Assembly: GCF_000315625.1 (NCBI RefSeq)
Contig: NW_005434654.1
Location: 362,997-426,996, forward strand
Source: Guillardia theta CCMP2712
Lineage: Eukaryota > Protista > Cryptophyta
Direction of reading: 5' to 3'
Length of the DNA: 64,000 nucleotides
Program-made: the position numbers and the translations under genes
Shown here: positions 34,749 to 44,038 of the stretch, in pieces
Position numbering within the stretch: position 1 is the first letter of the stretch
Layout of the letters: every line of letters starts with the position of its first letter
Notes under the pieces: model-generated
What the model was told of the DNA's origin: nothing
Database searches by the model: none
The model's input: the letters and a program-made list of their open reading frames with translations, nothing else

Positions 34749-37663
34749 TTACTGCTGGGCTTGCTGCTGCTGGGCTTGCTGCTGCAGCTGGCCTTGCAGC
34801 TGGCCTTGCAGCTGGCCTTGTAGCTGGCCTTGCAGCTGGCCTTGCTCTTGCTGCTGCTGGGCTTGCTGCTGCTGGCCTTGCTGCTGCTGCTGGCCTTGCT
34901 GCTGCTGCTGGCCTTGCTGCTGCTGCTGGCCTTGCTGCTGGCCTTGCTGCTGCTGGGCTTGCTGCTGCTGCTGCTGCTGCTGGGCTTGCTGCTGGGCTTG
35001 CTGCTGCTGGGCTTGCTGCTGCTGGGCTTGTTGCTGCTGGGCTCGCTCTTGCTGCTGCTGGGCTTGCTGCTGCTGCTGGCCTTGCTGCTGCTGGGCTTGC
35101 TGCTGCTGGGCTTGCTGGGCTTGCTGCTGGGCTTGCTGCTGCTGCTGGGCTTGCTGCTGCTGGGCTTGCTGCTGCTGGGCTTGCTGCTGCCCTTGCTGCT
35201 GCCCTTGCTGCTGCTGCTGGGCTTGCTGCTGCTGGGCTTGCTGCTGCTGGGCTTGCTCTTGCTGCTGGGCTTGCTGCTGGGCTTGCTGCTGCTGCTGCTG
35301 CTGCTGGGCTTGCTGCTGGCCTTGCTCTTGCTGCTGCTGGGCTTGCTGCTGCTGGGCTTGCTGCTGCTGGGCTTGCTGCTGCTGCAGCTGCTGCTGGGCT
35401 TGCTGCTGCTGCAGCTGCTGCTGCTCTTGCTGCTGCTGGGCTTGCTGCTGCTGGCCTTGCTGCTGCTGGGCTTGCTGCTGCTGGCCTTGCTGCTGCTGCT
35501 GGGCTTGCTCTTGCTGCTGGGCTTGCTGCTGCTGCCCTTGCTGCAGCTGCTGGGCTTGCAGCTGCTGGGCTTGCTGCTGTAGTATTGCTTGTATCCGCTG
35601 CTGCTGGGCTTGCTGCTGAAGAGCCTGCTGCTGCTGCTGCTGCTGTAGTATTGCTTGTATCCGCTGCTGCTGCTGCTGAAGTGCTTGCTGCTGCATGCGC
35701 TTCTGAAGAGCTTCAAATTGTAGTTGCTGCTGCTGGAGGCTTAACTTCTGCTGCTGTTGAGCTTGGTGCAGCTGCTGCTGGGGAAGCTGTAGAATTTGCA
35801 GAGGCTCAGGATCATGTATGGATTGCTGTTGACCTGATGTCTGCTGCTGAAGCTGCTGCTGCTGGTCTTGCTGCTTCTGGGCCTGCTGTCTGAGCTGATC
35901 CTCCTGCTGCTGTCTGTCTTGCTGAAGCTGCTGCTGCCGCTTCTCCGTTTCGTATGCCGATTCTAGCTTCGTCATCGCCGACTCTTGATCCTTTGTTTCC
36001 TGCCTTATTGTCCCAGGTGCTGCCCCTGCTCACACCCTAGTCACAACAGCTCGCAAAGCTGCAAAGGTACACGTGTTACCCACTGTGATAGTCTGGTCAT
36101 TAGTCTTGGAGCCGCTGGTAGGAGCCTCCCCCAACCTCTGTCCAGCTTCACTCAGTCGAAAGTAGCAACACATGCTGTCCCCTCACCTCGGGCAGCTGGT
36201 TGGCGATGAAAGGAGAAGGGGGGGGAGGAAGAGAGGATGAGGGAGAGTTCTTGCCACCGCTGGCATCACCATCGATGATGAAGTGGCACATGGACGATCG
36301 GTGCCCCTGCGGTTCGGCAGCAGGTGAGGAGGAGGGGAGGGAGCATGTGGTAGGTTCTCAACCTGGGCGTTGGGAGAGCCTGGGATCGTCTTCACCAAGT
36401 GCTCTTCGCCAAGGAAGTTCGTCATGAGCTTCTCTTCTAATTCTCTCTCGCAGTCATCCAGCGCGATGAAGGTGCCAGGCTGTGCTAGGTGCCGAGCCGT
36501 GAAGATGGACTGAAAGCGACCTGGCTGTAGAATGCCTCAGCCCAACATCGCCCGCCCACTTCCCTGCTCCCATTTTCTTTCTCCTCCCCCTTCCTCCCCT
36601 TCCTTCCTCTCCGCCGTCAGTTGCTTTCATGTTCAGTGCCCCCCTCTGCTCCTCCTCCTCTCACTCACTCCTCGGATCTCAAGGATGGACTTGTCGTAGC
36701 AGCAGCCGTCGGGCGCATCGATGACGATGGCATGCCAGTGGGAATCCTTCACCACGTTGGGGAGATCCAGCAGCAGCTCCGGCCAAGTCTCCTTCTTCAT
36801 GTATCGCTCGAAGTCCCGGCTGGCGATCGTCTTGTACTCTACGTGCACAACATCCTTCCTCGCCCTCATCAGGGTCTCCGACTCCTCTGTCACGAACAGC
36901 GTCTTCCCTTTCGGGTTCATGAATTGAACCCAGAAGTCCATGTCTTGTACTAGCCCAAACACCAGCAGGTTCTTTCCTTCCGACCCGCTGTTGAGGAAGT
37001 TCCAGATAGGACGCAACTGCTCGTCGCTGTGCACGACCCTACGAGGCATGTCTGGGGTCTTCCAGACCATGGTATCCTTCTTACTGTCAACGATGGGAGG
37101 AGCTGCGGTGCACTGGTCAGAGAAGCAACCACAAGTCAGGTCACGAGGGACCTGGGGTTGTTCTCATCGTGCCGAGCTCCTTTGACAATTCCTCGTGTCT
37201 GCTGAGCTCTGTCTGCAGTAGCTTGTTCCTCTTGGCGACCGCATCTGCCACCTCCTGATCGTAGACGTCAGATATATGGAGCTCCATCAAGCTGCTCTGC
37301 TCCTCCAGCTGATTACCCGGCAGTGGGTCAGTTGGTATTGCTGCCCACCATACAGGCATAAGAACGTGAAGGATCGGGAAAGGAGGGAGCAACCTGATGG
37401 TTGATGTACCATAGCGAACTCAGCAGAAGCGTCGACAAGATCCACACAACCCTGAGAGCTGAGTTGACTGTCACAAGTACTCCCTTTCATCAGGATTTGA
37501 CGTAGCAAGCTCACCAAACCCTGAGTTTCCTTTGGGAGGCGCCTTCTGTATCACGTATCCTGCAGAAGCTCCCTGATCAGTGGCGGGTAGAGATAAAACG
37601 AAGGATCATCGTTGCATTACTTTGTCCCTTGACAGGACGGCGCATGATGTTCTCTTCGAGCAT
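34749..37663 (-). CDS. DUF579 (GXM/IRX15-like) polysaccharide methyltransferase-family type II membrane protein with a C-terminal ~400 aa polyglutamine tail
   Basis: TM anchor VVWILSTLLLSSLWY, then NLLVFGLVQD..W...NPKGKTLFVTE, LPNVV...WHAIVIDAPDG, PGRFQSIFTA, DDCERELE..FLGEEHLV and MCHF. In-frame GT-AG splicing joins this domain to the Q-rich exon 34749-~36025. Confidence 0.78.
34752..35940 (-). repeat. Long imperfect (CAG)n tract coding Q-rich repeats (QQQQA/QQQQG)
   Basis: About 1.2 kb of CAG/CAA/GCC/GGC codons; appears as (GCT)n on the + strand. Confidence 0.95.
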
Positions 37664-38683
37664 CGTGAACGATCCACCTCAGTTCAGATCTGCTGCTCAA
37701 GTTAGCACTGGAGGATGGCACTCTGCTCACAGCGATACATGGCTCTTCGACGCTCTCAGGCTTCCAAAAGACACATCGCCGTTGAGGACAGCGGGTGCCA
37801 GGGCAACGAGGTTGGAAATTTTCTCTGGGGACTCAAGTGAAAGTAGGAGAAAGGCTGGTCAAAACCGGCTCGGCAATGATGGTTGACCTGTTGTGAGTTT
37901 GAATCAGTCATGGAGAAGGCTTCGCCTTGAGAACTGAGGAACTACTCTACTACTCTTCCATGACGAGGCGTTCTAGGTGTAAAGAAATCTCTTACAATCA
38001 TCTACCTGACGACACCTGGCCTCAGCGCCTGGTTCCACCGATCGTCATCCAGCCTTCTCGCTGACAAAAATGTCTCTTTGCCTTTCCCTCCTCAGGAGGG
38101 AGCAGACTGCTTGCCCGTCTCCTGATGCCCATCTGCCTTCCCTCTCCCTCTCTGTCCCTCCAGATTCTCTTCTGTCCCTCTCGCTCTCGCTCTCGCTCTC
38201 ATTCCGAAGTTCCTCTCTCGCTCCCTCTCCCTCTCTCGCTCCCTCTCCCTCTCCCTCTCCCTCTCTCTCTCTCTCTCGCTCTTCCTCTCACTGTCCGATC
38301 AAACCCCGCCCCACCCAGCGATGTTCCGCATGACCATGTTTTCTAGCCCATGGTACCCCTACCCCCTCCTTTGAGTGGATCAGTTGGGACTGGGGGCCGG
38401 TGGGGTACGACGGTGACGTTGGGCCATTTTTTGACGTGCCAGGTGAGGATGACTGGACTGGCCCTCATCCCCCAACAAAGAAACCTGGACAACAAGCTAG
38501 TAGTATGAAACGCTGTGAGTGGCAAGGGATATTTTTCACACATATCTGTAATTTATTGAAATATAATTATAAATTTTGAACATTTAACTTGATCAAATTC
38601 CAATTTTTAGCAATCTCGTTGAAAAAGTGGACATGGATCGTGATCTCCGACAAGGGACGCTCCTCCGTTCGTGCAGAGGCCGA

Positions 38684-39421
38684 ATGGCAGGACATTCGCT
38701 CCTTGCTTGCTTGGCGCTATGCGCAGCTGCACATGCACATGCTTCGCTCTCCCCCCTCGATCCATCCTTCTCGAGCGCATTCCATTCCCTTCCTCTTCGT
38801 CCTGCAGGAGTTGGTCGCGGAGATGCCCTCAAAGGGCCCCTGTCGATGGGCAGCACTTGGGGAATGTCGCTTACAGCCGCGGGAACAATGCGCCTGAGGG
38901 GCGGGATGATCATTTACAAGGACATCACATCTGGAGACGAGATGATCAGTGACTCGTTTCAACTGCAAGACGTCGACGATGTGCTCTTCAAAGTGAAGAC
39001 GAAGCATGTGACCAAAGGAGGGCTGGATCTGGGGATAGCGGTCAATCAGGGCGAGGACGATGGAGACGCAGCAGACGGAGTAGACGACCAGGTGGAGAAG
39101 GTCATCGACGTCGTTGACGCTTTCAGGCTGCAGTCCATCGGGGGCTTCGACAAGAAAGGAGCTCTAGCCTGGGCGAAGGCCTACCTCAAGACCATAAAGG
39201 AGCGACTGGACAAAGAGAACCCTGAGAGGACCCAGCAGTTTCAAGAGAAGTCTCAGAAGTGGATCAAGGAGGTCCTCCTCAAGGACATCGACAGTTTCGA
39301 GTTCTACACGGGGCCGAGCTTCAACACGGAAGGATCGCTGGCTATGTTCACCTACGAAGGTGAGGACGTCAGCCCGACCATGTATCTGTTCAAGGATGGT
39401 TTGGTAGAAGAGAAATGTTAA
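38684..39421 (+). CDS. TCTP: Translationally controlled tumour protein (TCTP) with N-terminal signal peptide and transit-like peptide ending RLRGG; intronless
   Basis: Mature part MIIYKDITSGDEMISDSF...VIDVVDAFRLQ...FDKK...YLK...FEFYTGPSFNTEG...PTMYLFKDGLVEEKC* is classic TCTP. It is preceded in frame by MAGHSLLACLALCAAAHAHA...MRLRGG. Confidence 0.93.
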   Translation: MAGHSLLACLALCAAAHAHASLSPLDPSFSSAFHSLPLRPAGVGRGDALKGPLSMGSTWGMSLTAAGTMRLRGGMIIYKDITSGDEMISDSFQLQDVDDVLFKVKTKHVTKGGLDLGIAVNQGEDDGDAADGVDDQVEKVIDVVDAFRLQSIGGFDKKGALAWAKAYLKTIKERLDKENPERTQQFQEKSQKWIKEVLLKDIDSFEFYTGPSFNTEGSLAMFTYEGEDVSPTMYLFKDGLVEEKC

Positions 39422-39551
39422 TAAATCTTTGAAAACACCAAAAGAAGCCGCATACAGACAACTTGACGATCTGATGGCGGTAGCCGATCAAGGAGTGTTC
39501 TGAACGAGCTCAGATTCAAGGTTTGAAATGTCCCTGTCTGCGGTCTGTGCA

Positions 39552-40559
39552 TCACAACATACACAAAAGCCCTCCACAGACCGCCACCATCTGCAACACA
39601 TTGACAAAACGATCCAACTTGGAGACCTCCGAGATGTCAATTTTTGCTTCCATGCCATATTGCAGCTTGTTGATCCCGGTGAACGGTCGTCGAAACTCAA
39701 ATCTTGTGACACATTTCACAGTGCACGATGGCGAAAGTTGTGTGGAAACAGCCACTGCCATCTTCTTCATGTCTATTGTTCTGACTTTGACCCAAGACGT
39801 CGAGGAGATCTTATACAACATTGCAGCTGCAACGTTAAACATGGCAGATTCAGCGTCCACCGTGTAACATAACGAAAGTGCTGGTTCCACCCGATAAGGA
39901 AAGTTACCATGGAGCGTTCCTACGAACTTCTGTCGTTTGTGTTTGTCAGCGATATTCGCATACTTGAGCTCGGCTGTCAGATCGTGGTATCCTACTTCCG
40001 TTGCAACAGTTGTGTTAGCGAACATTCTGCCCTGGAACACTGTCTTGAGCCCGACACTCAGCGTAGCATTCATCCATCTCGTCATGGAAGCGAACGACAA
40101 CATGAAATTGCTTGTAGATGGAACATACTTTGTCATGGCAGAGCACCTCTCATGCAGGAGGTTGAGATTCAACTCTACGTGCCCCTCAGCACGTTTCATC
40201 ATGAATTCCAACGAAGCCGGGCGACCTGAAATGTAGAAATCGATCGGGCGTCTGTGTTTGAAAATGGGCTGCATGCTCGTCATGAAGGCATGGCGGTTCG
40301 GCAGCTTGAAGTATGCCGACGGCCCGATGCATGAGAAGACCGTGCTGAATTTGTCCTCTGCAAATTTCCTGTGGAACTCAAAGGTCCCCATCAGTGTTTG
40401 CTCATTGAGATCGAGCTCGAGTGCGGTCTTGGACCCGGTATGGAGCTCATCAGATTCGCCTGATTTCACAGCAATGAACTTAATGCCGTCGACTTTGAAA
40501 TCCTCCTCCAGGATCTTCCTTCCCTCCTTCCCTATGGAGGCGAATACGAACGGAGCCAT
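39552..40559 (-). CDS. Divergent VDAC/Tom40-like (Porin_3) beta-barrel protein; intronless
   Basis: N-terminal amphipathic helix MAPFVFASIGKEGRKILEEDF resembles VDAC (Y/F.DIGK.A.DLL..DY). Alternating beta-strand pattern; C-terminal YKISSTSWVKVRT...AVAVSTQLSPSCTVK...KLQYGMEAKID with a beta-signal-like last strand. Confidence 0.65.
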   Translation of the reverse strand: MAPFVFASIGKEGRKILEEDFKVDGIKFIAVKSGESDELHTGSKTALELDLNEQTLMGTFEFHRKFAEDKFSTVFSCIGPSAYFKLPNRHAFMTSMQPIFKHRRPIDFYISGRPASLEFMMKRAEGHVELNLNLLHERCSAMTKYVPSTSNFMLSFASMTRWMNATLSVGLKTVFQGRMFANTTVATEVGYHDLTAELKYANIADKHKRQKFVGTLHGNFPYRVEPALSLCYTVDAESAMFNVAAAMLYKISSTSWVKVRTIDMKKMAVAVSTQLSPSCTVKCVTRFEFRRPFTGINKLQYGMEAKIDISEVSKLDRFVNVLQMVAVCGGLLCML

Positions 40560-40868
40560 GCGCGCCTATCGGACACTCCCCAACCAAGGCCACCAGAGCT
40601 AGTCCAGTCTATCGGGACCTTCCATCGCAACCATCTCCTCGCACTCTCCTCGCACTCTCCTCGCACTCTCCTCGCAATCTTCTGCCGCCGCCGCCGAATC
40701 AGAGCCCTGCTCTGACCCACATTGCGCCGACTCTTACAAGTCTTTTAAATATTGTACAGAATGTGCTGACACTTGTACCGGAATTGTGGATGATAGATAT
40801 TGGTAGTACAAAAATAAAACATTTTCTCAATCCGAGGCGGACCCTCCCTTCAGGGTTGTAGTGGCGGC

Positions 40869-41544
40869 ATGGCGGGCATCGGGGCGGTGGAAGGGGCGAT
40901 GAGCGACGCAATGTTCGAGGACATGGAGCGACAGGGGGAGCTGAGTGACTCGATCCTGTTCAGAATGACATCCATCTTCAAGAGGTCGACTCTAGAAGCT
41001 TCCCTGGCGCTGGTAGACAAAGGCTATGTGCAGAAGATCGTGTCCGACAGCGGGAGGTCTCTGTTCCTTGTGGAGAGCAGCCAAGATGATCCATACGGTG
41101 CGTGAGGAGCTGCAACGATATGATAGATCCTGAAAATTGTTGTTTTGTTACCCGCTGTGTACGTGATGCTCTTGTCTTTGATTACATTTTGATTTTGCTT
41201 TCATATGATTGCTGGGGTAACCTTATCAACTTTCGCAGTTTGTTTCAAACATTTCTGCCCCTGTCATTACTTCTCTTACAATGTTATCAACAAGATGGAA
41301 GCATTGACCTGCAAGCATGTATCTTCTTCCAATCTTTTTCCATTCATGTCATGATTGTACTACCAGATCTTGGCCGCACGCATAGCAAATGCTTTGAAGA
41401 GGTAGTTCCATTGAACCTAGGCTGTGCCATTTGATGGAGATTGACAGGGCAGATATCGTGAATGTTACCAACGAGGAATTCAGCAAATGGTTGATGAAGC
41501 AAGAGCCGATGAAGCAATACGTCAGCCCCAACAAATCTAGATGA
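40869..41544 (+). CDS. ZSWIM7: Zinc finger SWIM domain protein 7 (SWS1), homologous recombination; 4 exons
   Basis: LEASLALVDKGYVQKIVSDSGRSLFLVESS...Y|VCFKHFCPCHYFSYNV...CKH|ILAARIA, containing the SWIM CxC...CxH motif. Confidence 0.88.
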
Positions 41545-41749
41545 TTGTTTTTCTACTTGTGTAGTATACTCTTTCTCGTGATCGCTCTACCTTATTATAG
41601 TGTACATTCGGTCTCTTTCCAGCTCTATTCTTCCAAAATCCAAGTGTAGATTTAAATCCAAGTGTAGATTTAAATGGTGTGAAAGAATAGAACTCTTATT
41701 GAACTCATTTGCGAAAAAAACTAGGTTCCTACAGTACACCACTTCCTTC

Positions 41750-43070
41750 AAGCAACACGGTAAAGGCCCTCCGAGACATTCATGTTGATTGCAGGAAACT
41801 TTGAGTTCTTTGGCACAGCAATCAGCTCAGGCTGCACCTGCTAGTTCCAAAGATCAAGACATACCTGAGGGGTGTTCCCCGGGGGTCCACCACGCGACCT
41901 CCGAGATTGGCAGTACTGTTCGATCGTCCTGGGCTGTAGACGCAAAGTGAGAATCGCTGCATGGGGACAGGAGGGAGGAGGGCACGCCTTGGTCTCATCA
42001 AAGAAGCGAATATGATGAGCTTCTGTCGAATCATCTTCAGCCAGCGAGACTTGCTCCTCATGCAAGGATCGGAGAGGGCTCCGGTTCACCAACCGCAGCC
42101 CGTGCCCCTTCCTCTGCCACCTCAAGGTGATTCCACCAGAGTAGCGTTCGAGCAGGATCGACTCACAGGCGAGATCTTGGGGAGATCGCTGGTCTCCAAC
42201 CGCATCTTTCCGTTCCACTTGAACACCAAAGTCAATGCTGGTCTCAAATTTCCAGGGCTGGTGGAACTGCGCACGTACCTGCTCCAGAGCAAGGGGTCGA
42301 TCCTCGAACCTGGAAGGCTGAGAAGGACCTCAATCCTGGCACAAGGTGGTCTTTGAAGAAGGTACCTGCGTGTAGACCCACAAGTAGGGAAGGGGGATGC
42401 CGTACGTGGACCCCCCGGTCAGCGGTCTATAGGGGATTTGTAGGGACAGCCCGTCCTGGAGGTCACAAGTTGGAAGAAGGCGATGCTGAGATGATGTTTC
42501 AATCAAAGGCTCGTACGCTGTCCTGGCACGCTATCTTGTTCCGGCGGAGCTCCAGCCGCACCATCTCCTTTTGGTGCCACTGCCTGCATAGCGTTTGAGC
42601 TCGGGGATTCAGGCTACTGAGATATCGCCACCTCATCCCTATATCACGTGACACCATCCCGAAGTTGGTCTGCCTCCCGGCCACCCTCCTGTACCTCAGG
42701 TCAGGTAACCTGTTGATGCCCCTGTCACATACGCTGAGGAATGAGTCATTTTTGAAGTGCTTGCATGCGATGCAGGAGTGAACGGTCTGCTGCCCTGCAA
42801 GGTTGTCACGTTCGAAATCTCTCACCATGATCGACAAACCTTCATGCCAGCTGACAACTCGCTTTATCTATCCTTGGCACAATGCTGCTTTGACCATTTA
42901 TCCTAAAGAGAAATTGAAGTCAATCAACGAGACTGATCACTAGGCATGCTGTTGTTCCATCAAGCCACTTTGCTCAAAATGGCTTTCCTTTGTTTGTGTT
43001 GTCGTCTAACCTATCTTCGCCTCGCATCTCAGGCTTCTCCACTTCAACTTGAATCTCACGGTTCTTGATG
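41750..43070 (-). CDS. Probable hypothetical protein (multi-exon; boundaries approximate)
   Basis: Series of short minus-strand coding-like segments with GT-AG borders. No family recognised. Confidence 0.3.
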
Positions 43071-44038
43071 CATGAAACTAACTTGTCTTCACTCTCCTTC
43101 GCTTCCACACACAATCGCGTGTGTTCAACACCCCGGCGGCAATCTGCCTTGGCAAACCGAGTCAACGGATGCCAGCCTTCAGGTCAACTTCCCGAGACCC
43201 ACCCCCTGACACCCACAAGAACTTCCGTAATCAGCCTGGAAAGGACCGGTACTAGAGCCTTATGGCCGGGTTGACTTGCATCTTTTACTCAAAGTTAAGT
43301 TAAAAATCAGTACGAGTGCCATGTTCCCGGCCCGGGCCTCTCGGAGTGATCGGACCGTGCTCGGAGTTCAGTTCCTGGCAAAGTAAACAAATAAGCTGAC
43401 TGACTTATTTCAAAGAAAATCAATTCAACTAATTAAATAAATAAGCTTTTGTAGGGGTGATTTGGATGGGAGTTGATGGGGTGAGTGTAGACGAGGGGTA
43501 GTCGGAGTGGGCCAGCTTTCGCGCCGTCGGCGGCATGCGGAGGGGATACAACAATGGTAAGTACAGGAGGGAAGCGGGAGAGGAAGCAGCTCTCGAGCTA
43601 TGGATAGAGATACAATGCAAGACAGGGATGAATGATGCTGGTTGCAAGGGGAAGCGCTGGAGGGAACAGGCGGTAGAGAGTGGCCATGGCGTGGGCAGGG
43701 CCGTCAGCTGCCGAAAGGGGGGGGTTAGCTGCAGCCAGTGTTCATGGTAGAGTCAAGGGAGAGATGGGAGTTTCGTTGTGGAGCATGAAGTGATGGCGAC
43801 ATGAAGGTAGGAATGTATGACCGCTAAGGCGCTTACACGAGCTCGGAATTTGAAAGCATACAAATAGAATCTGTCTTGCCCAGAATCGACAAGAGTTGTA
43901 GCAATTGAATGGTTGCAGACATGAGATTGACTTAGACTTTTGATGTTTGTCATACGTGAGACATGCGGCCAACAGCAAGGCCGTGCATGCTCGGGAAAGA
44001 TGACTTCAAGTCTTTTGATGTATTTTTTTCCAGGGCCT

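Noticed and set aside
34645-35893. Long poly-Cys, poly-Ala, poly-Leu (+) and poly-Ser (-) ORFs
   Set aside because: These are alternative frames of the CAG tract. Only the polyQ frame splices in frame to the upstream DUF579 exons.
39552-39570. CaaX prenylation signal at the porin C-terminus (LCML)
   Set aside because: The Cys is at -3, not -4.
41636-41675. 18-nt direct repeat AAATCCAAGTGTAGATTT x2, superficially CRISPR-like
   Set aside because: Two adjacent copies with no spacer and no cas genes in a eukaryotic context; a simple tandem duplication.
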